Shown in pieces: positions 14,734-27,720 of a stretch of DNA of 64,000 nt. The position numbers and the translations under genes are program-made. The notes beneath the pieces were generated by a model. It did not search any database and was not told the DNA's origin. It saw only the letters and a list, made by a program, of their open reading frames with translations. The DNA is taken from assembly GCF_001194135.2 (NCBI RefSeq), contig NC_068989.1, forward strand, positions 63,847,194-63,911,193, given 5' to 3'. Positions within the stretch are counted from its first letter, which is position 1. Each line of letters begins with the position of its first letter. This DNA comes from Octopus bimaculoides. Lineage: Eukaryota.

Positions 14734-16140
14734 AGTATTACTGACGCATAAAGTTGTAATACTGGATTTTCTGAGAGTACTACGTGGCAAGATTTGTTTT
14801 AATCGATATATATCTATATTATGATTAAAGTGTATCCACTAGGAAACAAATCCAGATTATAGACCAGGAGTAGTGAAAGAAACCAATGTACAATCACTAC
14901 ATATTTAAGAACCTTGTTTCGTTTCCTTTTTCCTTCGCAAGTTTTGACTATCTATATAATAGAATCTATGATTATTGACAACAAGATTATAAATAAATAT
15001 AGATACAAAATAAAGGCCGTACAGTTTTATTTTTATTTTTTCTGCTATTATGAACGCGTATTAATGCAATGCAAAGAGAGTTGAGTTCCGCAACATTTAT
15101 TTCTAACGAAACATAACTCAACCCACTTCAAAATTTCAGTTTTTCCTTTCTTTTTATTGTTATTGTTGTTTCATGTCTCGTTTGTTATTATTATAATATT
15201 TGTATTTTTATACGATTAGCTTGACATCCGTCATTTTATCTAAAACAGGTCATAATTCAATGTAAAACTGTTTAACCTTTCAGTTATGTTTGCTTCTTAG
15301 AATCACTTCTATCTTTAAACCGTCGATTTGTGGAAAAAATCTAGGGTAAAATTAGTATAGCGTGTGAAGTTGCAAGTCTACTTTATCTATTATCCATCTC
15401 GGAAACTGAGTTGAAACAATCGATCGAGCTACCAAAGGAAAAAAAAAAACATTAAATGTCTGATTACTAATGTGTAAGAGAAAAGTACACGCCTGCACAT
15501 TGGGAATAGCTTCAGGGATAATAATATACTCGAAAACAACTATTGTGGTCGGCGAAGGGAAAAACGTAAAAGAGGGAAAGAGAAAATCGAATGTATTTTC
15601 TATCACAACACACATCATAATTTATTCCGAACCCTTAAAATGAGATACCGTGCTAAATAGATAGAGAGAGAGAGAGGGGGGGACAAGGGAAAGAGAGAGA
15701 GAGGTATAGATGGATGGATGGATAGATAGGTAGATGAAGATATGTATGTATATCCTAATTTGTTTTAAATACTGTACTTTATCATGTGAACTGAAAAACT
15801 AAATAAATAAATCGCATTTGCGTTGATTACATTGTTGCTTAATTCTATAGACTAAGCATCACACAGACACCCACACACATACACACACATATAAGTATAC
15901 ACACACACAACACACACACATATATATATATATATACATATAATTTTAAATGACGGTGTTATGTGAACATTTAATGTGGCTTTAGAGTCAAGTTTTGACT
16001 GCTATTTCCAGCGTGGTTGTATCTCTTAGATACTCTAAATTATAATTTAAAATAATTATTACCTTTGATGGTTTTTATTCCCATGCTGGACACCTGATAA
16101 AATCGGTATTTAAATATCGATCTTATCCTCATTTATATAA

Positions 16141-16181
<41 letters not shown>

Positions 16182-16883
16182 TATACATGTATATATATAT
16201 CTGCATGCATATATGTATATGTGTGCGTGTATATATTTATACACACACACACACACACACATATATACATATATATAGAATCATGTAAACTTAACATTCT
16301 GCTAACATGAATGACAAAAAAAAATCGAAGTTTCTAACATGAAATATTCTATTACGTAAATATGTGTGCCACTGGAATATAATTTCGTATTGTTGAGTTG
16401 CTTATGAGCTGAAATTTATGTTCTTCTTGACAGGTACATCTTCATTACCACTCTAAATCGCTTTCGTGAAGGCAGGAATATCATTACTAATTACCACATT
16501 CAGTGTAAACACGTTATCCTTGAGTATGCATACTTGTATATATGTATGTATGTAGAGGTATATGTGTGCGAGTGTGTGGATCTGTGTGTATGTTTGTAGA
16601 CAGACAGAACGCTAGATATATATATACATGCATTAAGGAATAATCATATACGTGTAAGCTTGTATATATGAATCTATATATATAAAGCTGAGAATGTGCG
16701 TCTCTGTCTGTATGTATGTGTACATCATTAAAACTCGAGAACTACCCAAATACTCAATCCTGTGGTCGACCTTTTTGACCAAAGGCGGTGCTCCAGCATG
16801 GCCGCAGTCACATGACTGAGACAAGTAAAACAAAAAAGACTATGCTATTTTAATCCCGAGCATATATATAGGCATATATATTG

Positions 16884-17741
16884 ACGGAAAATAATGGCCG
16901 ATTTGAAAATAAAACGATATTCTTGAAAAACTGGTCTTATACATAGGTTTAATTATTCAACCTATGAACAGCTATACATTTCTCCCAGCGATGATCAAGG
17001 TCATTTATACCACTTCGATATAAATCCAAAAGCTTTGATGCCAAGAAATACTTGAAATCAGTTTCCACCTGCGTTTTGGAACGGAAGGTTTTTTTGTCTT
17101 AAACAAAAGTGTCAAGATGCTTGAAGAAGTGGTTGCCGGTGGGTGTACAATCAAGGGAAAATATATGTGGCAAAGTCTCATATCCTCGTATCCCAAGTCC
17201 ATGAGCTTCTGCTGTATCAGTCCGGAAGAGTGAGGTCGAGCAGAACTGGACCATGTCGATCAACATGTTCAGGTCTCATTTTGCTCAAGTAAGCATTCAT
17301 TTCTTCCAGTTGCTTACAGACACCAAGCATGTGAAACATTTCTCTGACACTTTGTCGTGTGTTTTGTTTGACTGCTGTTTTCAAATTCTAATCATCAAGG
17401 GTGGATGAGCGTCCTCTCATCCTTACTTCGGAATTTCTGAAACCACCCTTTTGCCGTCCAATCGCATGTAAACTCTTCATCCTCATTGGCGGCTACTTGG
17501 GAAACATTACGTGCAAGCTTGAATTCATGCAAAAAAAAAAAAAGTAAACGCATTTCTTCATTTTTCATGTTCTAAGGATCTCTCTGATTCAAAATTATAT
17601 TCTGAAAGAAATCAATAAAAATGTATTAAAGCCTACACAGCAATTATTAAGCGTGTAAAATTTCATCTAAAACACTTCAAAAATAACATCGTAAATCTAA
17701 TTTGAAAAAATGTTTTCGAAAAATCGGACAGTGCTTTCCGT
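16884..17741 (-). mobile_element. Decayed, internally deleted mariner transposon (~860 bp)
   Basis: Minus-strand remnants LHEFKLARNVSQVAAN...KGWFQKFRS, ARPHSSGLIQQKLMDLGYE and GINDLDHRWEKCIAV. TIRs acggaaaataatggccgattt (16884) and rc acggaaagcactgtccgattt (17741), 4 mismatches in 21. Confidence 0.75.
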
Positions 17742-17752
17742 GTGTGTATGTA

Positions 17753-17802
<50 letters not shown>

Positions 17803-18838
17803 TGTGTGCACTTATTTTCTTTAATGACATGGTTTATCTAAATCTTTCTTTGATGTTAACTGGCATCTCCCCATTACTTGAAGAAGTAATATATTTTTAT
17901 AGTTGTTTATTATCATTACTAAAATTGTCTTGCAGGTTGTGATGACATTGTGATGTTGCTATCCAGTCCTCCTTGCTAGCATTTAATAGCTGTTGAGGTG
18001 ACAGCCGAATAATTTATAACATATGTCATTCTAAGACTCCGTAGAGATAAAGCACTTATTGGACGAATGCTGTAATATCATTAGCCACTCCCTTGTCTAT
18101 ATGTATACATTATTATTACTGTTAAAACGATAGCTGGTTAGCTGTATTTTTAATTAATCGTCGTCCCTCAACTCATATGCTTTTGAACAAGACTTTTCTT
18201 AATCTTAATATCTTTTACTTGGAATTTGAAGTAAAATTTTTGCAAATCAATAGTTTTTGTCAACGGTTCAAAATGCCTAGAGGACAAGTCTACTTATGCT
18301 ATTATGAAATGTAATGCATTATTAAACAAATAATCAGTCTATAAAAATGCGCGTGGTATAATGTGAAGAATATTTTCACTCTCTTCGTACTATTTTATAT
18401 ATATTATCAATTATATATATACATACATAATGGACTACCGCTGTTGGTTTGTTTACGTCCCCGTTGGTTTGGTGGTTTGACTACCGCTGTTGGTTTTTTT
18501 ACCTCCCCGTGCGGCAAAAGAGACCGATTGGTGTCGAATCATTCGACAAAGAACTCTTCAAAGCAGTGCCTCAGCATGTTTATATATATAAACATATTCT
18601 TTTATTCTTTTATTTGTTTCAATCATTTGAGTGCGATCATGCTGGAGCACATTTAGTCAAACAAATCGACCCTAGGAATTATTCTATGTAAGTCTAGTAC
18701 TTACTCTATCGATATGTTTTGCCGAACCGCTAGTTTAAGGGGAAGTAAACACACTAACAACAGTTGCCAAGCGATGGTGGGGGCACAAACACAGACACGG
18801 ACACATACACACACACACACACACATACACACACACAT

Positions 18839-18870
<32 letters not shown>

Positions 18871-18871
18871 T

Positions 18872-18908
<37 letters not shown>

Positions 18909-19569
18909 NNNNNNNNNNNNNNNNNNNNNNNNNNNNNNNNNNNNNNNNNNNNNNNNNNNNNNNNNNNNNNNNNNNNNNNNNNNNNNNNNNNNNNNNNNNN
19001 NNNNNNNNNNNNNNNNNNNNNNNNNNNNNNNNNNNNNNNNNNNNNNNNNNNNNNNNNNNNNNNNNNNNNNNNNNNNNNNNNNNNNNNNNNNNNNNNNNNN
19101 NNNNNNNNNNNNNNNNNNNNNNNNNNNNNNNNNNNNNNNNNNNNNNNNNNNNNNNNNNNNNNNNNNNNNNNNNNNNNNNNNNNNNNNNNNNNNNNNNNNN
19201 NNNNNNNNNNNNNNNNNNNNNNNNNNNNNNNNNNNNNNNNNNNNNNNNNNNNNNNNNNNNNNNNNNNNNNNNNNNNNNNNNNNNNNNNNNNNNNNNNNNN
19301 NNNNNNNNNNNNNNNNNNNNNNNNNNNNNNNNNNNNNNNNNNNNNNNNNNNNNNNNNNNNNNNNNNNNNNNNNNNNNNNNNNNNNNNNNNNNNNNNNNNN
19401 NNNNNNNNNNNNNNNNNNNNNNNNNNNNNNNNNNNNNNNNNNNNNNNNNNNNNNNNNNNNNNNNNNNNNNNNNNNNNNNNNNNNNNNNNNNNNNNNNNNN
19501 NNNNNNNNNNNNNNNNNNNNNNNNNNNNNNNNNNNNNNNNNNNNNNNNNNNNNNNNNNNNNNNNNNNTC

Positions 19570-19614
<45 letters not shown>

Positions 19615-19615
<1 letters not shown>

Positions 19616-20867
19616 CAGGCTAAGTAAAACGTAAGCAACATTTTACAATATATTTCAACAATGCGGAAATTTTAATCATTAAAGTAAGTACGATTACAAT
19701 GAACACACTTTTGCCAACGAGTTACAGGTTTGTTTGTTCCGGTAAAATAAAAATCTGGAGTCCTGGAGCTGATGAACTCTTTAAACGCACTTTCAGCAGC
19801 GGTTTGATTTTTGAAATGTTCTCGCAGAAACCATCAAGGTGCTTGAAAAAATGGTAGCCGGTAGGGGAAAGGTCTGGGGAATAAGTTGGGTGGGGATGAA
19901 CTTCGTACCCAAGTTCCTTCAACTTCTGGACCACTATTAGTGAAATGTGTGGTCGAGCTATGTCATGAAGTTTGATTGGACCTCTTCTGTTGACCAGTCT
20001 GGAACGGAGGAGCAGCAGCTTTCCGTTTATTTTCGCAATTTCATGCCCATATGTTTCCGCAGTGATGCTTTTTCTGGGTTTTAAAAAGTTATAGTGGATG
20101 AGTCCAGTAGTACACAACCAAAATTCACTATAACCTTCGTTTTAAAGAACTCATGCTTAGGGAAGTTTTTCGGTGCTTCGTTTTGGTCCAACCACTGCGA
20201 AGGGCGTGTTTGATTATTGTACAGAATCCACTTTTCATCCCAAGCTACAATACAGTCGAGAAATGGATCGGTCTTGTTACGGAGAAGCCATGAGCAAATT
20301 TCATATCTGTGCATTTTCTGATTTTCATTCAAATCGTGTGGTACCCATTTGTCGACCCTTTTCCGATCGCATGCAAATGATTTCAAGCCGTTTTCTGGCT
20401 AACTTGAAGTTTTTTTGCCAGTTCTCGAGCGGTTTTACCTGGATCTTTCTCAATGACGGTCTTTAATTTACCGTTATCGATGACAGATGAGCGTTCATTA
20501 TGCTCATGATTTTCAAGGTAAATGTTTATACTGTGAACTCGTTCAATCCATTTTCGAGCTGACCACTCATTGATCATTTCCTCACCAAATGTTTTGTTGA
20601 TATCACGAGCAGTTACAGCTGCTTTACGTCTTTTTTTAAAAACATTGAATAGCAAACTTGCTTGAATATCACGCTTTGACAGTTCCATTTCTGATTATTG
20701 TAACAACGGTGAAAAAATATCAATGTTAATTTATTGAAGCATTTAAGCAAGTCTATGTCAGTATTATCAGAAAATTTCAAGCAAATGTTAAAAAAAAATC
20801 AAAACTGCAAAATGCCGGTACACATTCTTCATGGTTCAAAGCATTGCTCACTTTTTACTCGAACTGA
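19615..20867 (-). mobile_element. Near full-length, frameshifted mariner (DD34D) transposon; transposase pseudogene at 20688-19722
   Basis: Three ORF pieces give the HTH, WVPHDL (WVPHEL motif), IVAWDEKWILYNN, LHDIARPH and HPTYSPDLSPTGYHFFKHLD (YSPDL; third Asp changed to G). Degenerate TIRs tcaggctaagtaaaacgtaagcaa and rc tcagttcgagtaaaaagtgagcaa. The 1.25 kb span is typical of mariner. Confidence 0.92.
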
Positions 20868-21235
20868 CATATATNNNNNNNNNNNNNNNNNNNNNNNNNN
20901 NNNNNNNNNNNNNNNNNNNNNNNNNNNNNNNNNNNNNNNNNNNNNNNNNNNNNNNNNNNNNNNNNNNNNNNNNNNNNNNNNNNNNNNNNNNNNNNNNNNN
21001 NNNNNNNNNNNNNNNNNNNNNNNNNNNNNNNNNNNNNNNNNNNNNNNNNNNNNNNNNNNNNNNNNNNNNNNNNNNNNNNNNNNNNNNNNNNNNNNNNNNN
21101 NNNNNNNNNNNNNNNNNNNNNNNNNNNNNNNNNNNNNNNNNNNNNNNNNNNNNNNNNNNNNNNNNNNNNNNNNNNNNNNNNNNNNNNNNNNNNNNNNNNN
21201 NNNNNNNNNNNNNNNNNNNNNNNNNNNNNNNNNNN

Positions 21236-21295
<60 letters not shown>

Positions 21296-22139
21296 ATATA
21301 TATATGGACATGATAATAAATATGCAGGCAACAAATAATATAGCTGAAATAAATCTCTATATCTTTTCATAACGGAAAAAATGTTATTAAATTGTCAGAT
21401 TTTATATTATGTTATTTTACGTTTACCATAACTCTTAGTTAAAAATTATGAAATTTTCATAGTAAATTATGAATCAAAATCATATTTATTTCCACTGGCC
21501 CATAAATCGTGCATTGACAATAACTTTCGCAGTTCGTATTTCACAATTTACATATATTATTTGCTTTTTTGTTTGTTTTTTTGTTTTTGTTTTTTTTTTA
21601 TTCATCAGCACATTATACTATTGGGCCATATTTATTACTCTTTCGTTTTATTCGTTGTTATTTGTGATTGTTGTTTTAATCATCATTTTCTGTTTGTAAT
21701 TGTTTTAGATTTTACCCAATAGATCAACACTAACTTTATATGACTATGACAAGCAATCAAATTACTGATTCTCTTTAAAACGTTTTATTATGATTCAATG
21801 GAATTTAAAATGATAATTATGTATACGCATGTTCATTGAAATTCGGATTAGCAATTGCAACTTTCTGCGTCGAATACACGTTTTCTCTTTTAGCATCTAC
21901 AAATGTGGATAGATTCCTCGATTACGGCTACACACGCACGCATGCACACACACACAAACACGCACACACACACACATATTGATAGTGAGAAAGATAGATA
22001 TACATACATACATGTGCGTGTGTGTGTATGTATTCATGATTGTATGTATACATCTATGCATATATGCATGTATGAATTGATATATTTCCTGTCGCAGCTG
22101 ACGTTCTCCACCCTAAGTTTCCAGATATATACCGAGAGG

Positions 22140-22710
22140 GTCGTTGCATGTAACTTTCCCAGCAACCATAGTTATAGCAAGATATTAAATAGGTACACAG
22201 CTAAAAATCCTATATACACGCCTACACTCCCTAATGTAAGGCTCTATATCAATAAAGAAACGCTGACTCACAACCTGTCCTCAATGCACATGCAGAGATA
22301 AATTTAAATGTCCTCTTGGACAGACATGCGATATATCTGCCATTGCTTACGAAGGCAAGTATCCGCAAACTATGGTAATGACTAGACGGAGACCAAACGT
22401 TTTACTGAATCAGTAAGCAAAAATTGTAATGTGAGACAATAACCATATTTTAACTTCTAGACACTGTGAAGAAGCATGCGACGACACTCAGGGCCATTAA
22501 TCATGAAACTTAAGGACGAGAACGTTAGCTACAACATCAACTGGGAGCTCTTTTTTAAAACCAAACCCTATATTAACGGGTCAAAACGATGTTCCGTGTG
22601 CCCGCTAGAAAAACTGTAAATTTTTAAAATCTTAATAACCTCCAGTGACTGTATAAATAGCAGGAACGAGATTTTCCTTTATGTCCGCATTTTAAAAAAT
22701 ACCACCGGAA
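22140..22710 (+). mobile_element. Decayed Penelope-like element, GIY-YIG endonuclease region
   Basis: Frameshifted NFPSNHSYSKILNRYTAK, QCTCRDKFKCPLG, LKDENVSYNINWE, KPYINGSKRCSVCPLEKL, NSRNEIF and CPHFKKY follow the PLE CNCRxKxxCPL...KRCxLCxxEK...NxRxE...CRHxxK pattern. Confidence 0.75.
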
Positions 22711-22917
22711 ACATCATAGAGCATTTCTATGTTTGTTTCTCTAATTTAGATTTTCCGACGGCACTGGTTATATTTACTGTGAAGTGAAATATCTCCCATG
22801 AGCATCTCTCTGCCTTTTTCTTAATGCGTGTGCTCATTCAAAAGTTGATTGCATCGAACGTAAGAGAAATGGCGTAATAAATTAATATTTCGGCCAAGAT
22901 ACCCTGGTATTGTGTGT

Positions 22918-23148
22918 TATTTCTTTACTACCCACAAGGGGCTACACACAGAGGGGACAAACAAAGACAGACAAACAGATTAAGTCAATTATATCGACCC
23001 CAGTGCGTAACTGGTACTTATTTAATCGACCCCGAAAGGATGAAAGGCAGAGTCGACCTCGGCGGAATTTGAACTCAGAACGTAGCGGCAGACGAAATAC
23101 CGCTAAGCATTTCGCCCGGCGTGCTAACGTTTCTGCCAGCTCGCCGCC
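22918..23148 (-). mobile_element. tRNA-derived SINE family B, young intact copy with a 13-bp TSD
   Basis: Head GGCGGCGAGCTGGCAGAAACGTTAGC...GAGTTCAAATTCC. The direct repeat tggtattgtgtgt lies at 22905-22917 and 23149-23161. Confidence 0.92.
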
Positions 23149-23310
23149 TGGTATTGTGTGTGTGTATGTGTGCGTGTGTATGTGCGTGTATGTGTGTGTG
23201 TGTGTCTGCATGCGTGTGTGCGTGTGTGTGCGTGCGGGCGTGTGCACCATAAAACGTCGGATGGTATATAGGTGAATGTATCTATTTAACTACTTAACAT
23301 TACAGCCGTT

Positions 23311-23643
23311 TCACAGCCTTCATCATATAATAGTAATTTCAGATTATTCTTTCCTTTTCTTCTATTCTTTTACTTTTTTAAGTGATCTGACTGCGGCCAT
23401 GCCGAGGCACCGCCTTGGATGGTTTTACTCGAATGAATCATTCCGAGACTTTTTGCTTAAGCNNNNNNNNNNGAGGCACCGCCTTGGATGGTTTTACTCG
23501 AATGAATCATTCCGAGACTTTTTGCTTAAGCCTGGTACTTATTCTATCAGTCTGTTTTGCAGAACTGGTAAGTTACGGTGACATAAACACACCAACACCG
23601 GGTATTATGCGGTGATGGGGGGGGGACAAACATAGACACAACG

Positions 23644-23691
<48 letters not shown>

Positions 23692-23946
23692 CCGTAATTC
23701 CCCCCCCCCATCACCGCATAATACCCGGTGTTGGTGTGTTTATGTCACCGTAACTTACCAGTTCTGCAAAACAGACTGATAGAATAAGTACCAGGCTTAA
23801 GCAAAAAGTCTCGGAATGATTCATTCGAGTAAAACCATCCAAGGCGGTGCCTCGGCATGGCCGCAGTCAGATCACTTAAAAAAGTAAAAGAATAGAAGAA
23901 AAGGAAAGAATAATCTGAAATTACTATTATATGATGAAGGCTGTGA
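23311..23946. repeat. Perfect ~246-bp inverted duplication (SINE A tail plus unique flank) spanning a 10-N gap
   Basis: 23311-23625 vs 23701-23946 show no mismatch that I could see. About 50 bp is duplicated across the N-gap at 23463-23472. Confidence 0.9.
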
Positions 23947-23947
23947 T

Positions 23948-24112
23948 ACGACGGGATTCTCTCAGTTTCCGTCCACCAAATCCACTCACATGGTTTTTGG
24001 TAGGCCCGAGGCTTTAGTAGGAGACACTTGCCCAAGCTGCTACGCGGTGGAACTGAACCCGGAAAAATGTGGATGGGAAGCAAATTTCTTACCACACAGC
24101 CACGTCTGTGCC
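23948..24112 (-). mobile_element. SINE family A head
   Basis: Reverse complement of ggcacagacgtggctgtgtggtaagaaatttgcttccc...ggttcagttcc...gacggaaactgagag. Family A tails also occur at 16780-16840 (+), 18450-18580 (+), 18597-18800 (-) and 50130-50320 (+). Confidence 0.8.
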
Positions 24113-24735
24113 TTCTCAGTATAATATACTTTTTTACATGTCTGTACCATACATTAGCGCATTTCAAAATCAATGCAGATATAGAAGGCTAGCTCTTCAG
24201 ATCACCAGAGCATAATGCTTCCACCAAGTCTTCAACTAATACAACCACATACAAAATTTTCTTTTATATATGCAATGTATGCAAGTCCTCATGAAATAAT
24301 TTCATCGATTGAAAACCTCAGGATTTCAATTGCATAGGACTCTACATTATACTCATCGGTATTGGATTACAGTTTGGTATGATAGTCGGGTCCACTAGAA
24401 GAGCTTTTACTGATAACTACAGGATTCTATAAATCTATATATTGTGCTCTGTATATATATATGGAAATTAGAAGTTGAAAATGCACTGAGAATATTTAAA
24501 ATATGTTTTTATTATTAAAAATATCTTTACTATGTTCACTATCATTTTGCTATTGTAAATATTTTAACTATTCTCAATGTATTTTGAACTTCTACATATA
24601 TTTCTACCTGTGTGGAATAAAATACAGATTTTCTAACCAGCTAATTTGCTTGATTCAATATCAGTGACTTGTCATTTATTTTTCTATATATTGCGAGCTG
24701 GAGCGAACTACTGCTATCTCTAGCAGACGTGTATC

Positions 24736-24782
24736 CACCACTGAGGATGGTGACAACTAGCTCGAAACCGTACAGTCTGGTG
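24736..24782 (+). ncRNA. Type I hammerhead ribozyme motif (PLE-type), stem II degenerate
   Basis: Stem I cacca/tggtg (5 bp perfect), CTGAGGA (24741-47), GAAAC (24764-68), near-palindromic ccgtacag, and GTC triplet (24775-77). Confidence 0.6.
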
Positions 24783-25632
24783 CTTCCGTGGCTGGAAGAT
24801 GGTAGAGGTTCACTCCCCTGATTCCAACATATATATCGGGTGCAGACTGCATCGATTAAACAGCTGGGGAACGGGTCTTCCCTGAGTTAAAATGGTAATA
24901 ACGTTGGCTTCTTCGGGAGAGCCTTGTTGAAGTGGCGACAAACACTACTTATGTGTGTGTGTGTGTATGTATAATGCATATGCTCACACACAAAGAAGCA
25001 CGCATACACACACACACACACAAAGAAGCACACATACACACACACACACAAAGAAGCACACATACACACACACACACACACAGTGTTCCTAAAATTATGC
25101 TAACATATAATTCCATACGAAAGTGTACAACGACCAGAATGGTTAAATTACCCGTATTTTTTTTAAAGCTTTGCATGGCAATTATACTATATAAATGATG
25201 GAAAAATCTTTGAGCAATGCTATTTAGAAATTAAGCAAAATTTGTAGTATGATATCAATGAATTAAAACAAATAGAAAAGATTTTACATCACCTTACATA
25301 GGTTGTTTACTGATTCAATAATATTTCGAGAAAGATTGCCCTTTGAAAATAGAAGTAAAATAATGATCAAAACTCCAGAGATATGTGTTGTTACCGAAAT
25401 AGTATCGATTCGTACAAGTTATGTAAGGTAATCAGTATTTTATTTATAAAATACCAAATTTGGATCTTTCCAGCTCAGCATTTTCTTTCTTTCTATATTG
25501 TGAATCTTCTCTTATAGTTTTGTTATTTGAATACCGTCAAGTTTGGATATATGCAACTGTATATGTAGTGTGATATCATTTTGTATAATGCATTCAGTAT
25601 ATGAAAATAATTGCGAGTAGATTCCTAGTCGT

Positions 25633-25691
<59 letters not shown>

Positions 25692-27137
25692 TACATATAT
25701 ACATGTATATATCTATGTATGTATATAGTTATATAGATATAAATATATATATATATATATGTATATATTAATATATGTATATGTATANNNNNNNNNNNNN
25801 NNNNNNNNNNNNNNNNNNNNNNNNNNNNNNNNNNNNNNNNNNNNNNNNNNNNNNNNNNNNNNNNNNNNNNNNNNNNNNNNNNNNNNNNNNNNNNNNNNNN
25901 NNNNNNNNNNNNNNNNNNNNNNNNNNNNNNNNNNNNNNNNNNNNNNNNNNNNNNNNNNNNNNNNNNNNNNNNNNTATATATATATATATATATATATTTA
26001 CACTCATACATATATATATATATATGCAAGAAATTGCATACTCACACATATCTGTGTGTAGCTAAAAGGTCATATGTCAATTACCGGCATTTCTTCCGTA
26101 TAAATAACATATTTCACGCACTGTCCTTCTCTGTCACTCTATCTCTTTGTCTCATTATTTCCTTCTCTCTCTCTCTCTCTTTGTCGCTCTATCTCACTGT
26201 CTCTCTTTCTCTCTCTTTTCCCCTCTATATCATTAGCTGCTGCGTGAATATAACTCGCTGAACTGTAGCGTAGCAAACAACAGATAACTAGTTCATGTAA
26301 AAAGCGAAATGGCAAGTTTATAGAGTTGCATTCCGTGAACGGATCTCAGACAAGCATAGTAAACCACTAAAATGAAGAAAGATGCTATTTTCTCTAATCT
26401 CATTAAGGTACACGCAAGCAGTGCACCAATATAATCTTAACGTTGACCTAAGAACCTATTAGAATATTTAATTGTCGATCTTTCACTATCATTATATTGT
26501 CATAATGCCATACGATATCAAGGTACGGTAGATTCAACATTACTCCCCTGCTATATTTGGACTCTTCACCTCGATTCTGCTAAAAAAAGAATGTTGATAA
26601 GTTTTGAATGTTGGTGAGAATGCTTATAGTTTCTATCAGTTCCCTAAAACTCTGGAATTACCTCACGATTCACATATATGGTAAAGGAGAAGTGCTGCTT
26701 TGAAAGATATGGGCCGACACGATGAGAATTATTTATCCCCTCTTAAACGGGAATGTTCTGTTAGAAAAAACTTCACTACCGTAGATAACACGAGAGAAAC
26801 TCTTATATTGCAAAATGCTAGCGAGGCGATGAAACCCTACCATCTCATGCGCCGGGACTATCAGATCGTTTGATTTCGACCCTCTTTGGTCTTATAAATG
26901 CTGGACACTCGACTGCTAGGCATACCAGCGACTCATCTTCCCGCCAACAGAATACTTGAAAAACAGCGCTGAACAGGCACCCGTATCTTGATTAGCCAGT
27001 CAGTTTGCCAAAAATTACATATATTAGCGACAGAGGCAGTATGAAAACTGCACACCACTTTATTTACCTTAGGAATGATAGTCAGACTCTGACTATCATT
27101 CCTAAGGTATTTTTCGATGCTGTTATTGTTATTGCTG

Positions 27138-27208
27138 TCACTGCCTGGAATCGAACTCGTGATCTTGGGGTTAGTAGCCCGCGCTCTTAACCACTATGCC
27201 ATATGCCC
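27138..27208 (-). pseudogene. tRNA-derived Pol III promoter unit (SINE-head-like), not a functional tRNA
   Basis: GGGCATATGGCATAGTGGTTAAGAGCGCGGGCTACTAACCCCAAGATCACGAGTTCGATTCCAGGCAGTGA. A box TGGCATAGTGG and B box GAGTTCGATTCC are present, and the anticodon arm is intact. The acceptor stem does not pair. Confidence 0.75.
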
Positions 27209-27237
27209 GTGGGCAATTTTGGAGTGAATTTTAGGGT

Positions 27238-27720
27238 TTATAAATCTAATATGTTTCTATCCCACCTTAATACCGGTTCCCATATGCTATTCATATCTGC
27301 ACTCGGTCTGTTTAGGAGGTTGTTGTATCCTAGCATATGTGCTGCTTCTTTAAGTTTTCGTATTTTCCAGTGGTGTTCTCTGTCTATTATTTTAACTTCA
27401 TCCCACAGTCGGAGGTGGTCTCCATTTTTCCATACATGATCAGCTATAACCGATTGATCAATATCTTCTCGTGTCAGAGCTTCGCGTTGTTCGTCTACCC
27501 TTATATTGAGGGGGCGGCATATTTCGCCTTTGTATAACTTACTACAGCTGCATTGGATAGAGTACATGCAGTCTTTGGCCATATTTTCTTCTATTGGTGG
27601 TTTTACCTGAAGTAGATATTTGCGAAGTATTTCTCATCTCTTAAATATCGAACTGTAGTTACGATTTTATTCAACATAATCTCCTCTCAGATTCATACAC
27701 TCATTACCGCAGTCCTTTAA
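27238..27720 (-). mobile_element. Penelope-like element 3' end with GIY-YIG endonuclease ORF (27582-27238)
   Basis: CMYSIQCSCSKLYKGEICRPLNIRVDEQ...SVIADHVWKNGDH...WDEVKIIDREHHWKIRKLKEAAHM...LLNRP, matching VYxIxCxCxxxYxGETxRxLxxRxxEH. Upstream remnant LRKYLLQVKPP. Confidence 0.85.

Noticed and set aside
27138-27208. Functional tRNA-Ser(ACT)
   Set aside because: The acceptor stem does not pair, the T stem is imperfect, and it is embedded in a retroelement end.
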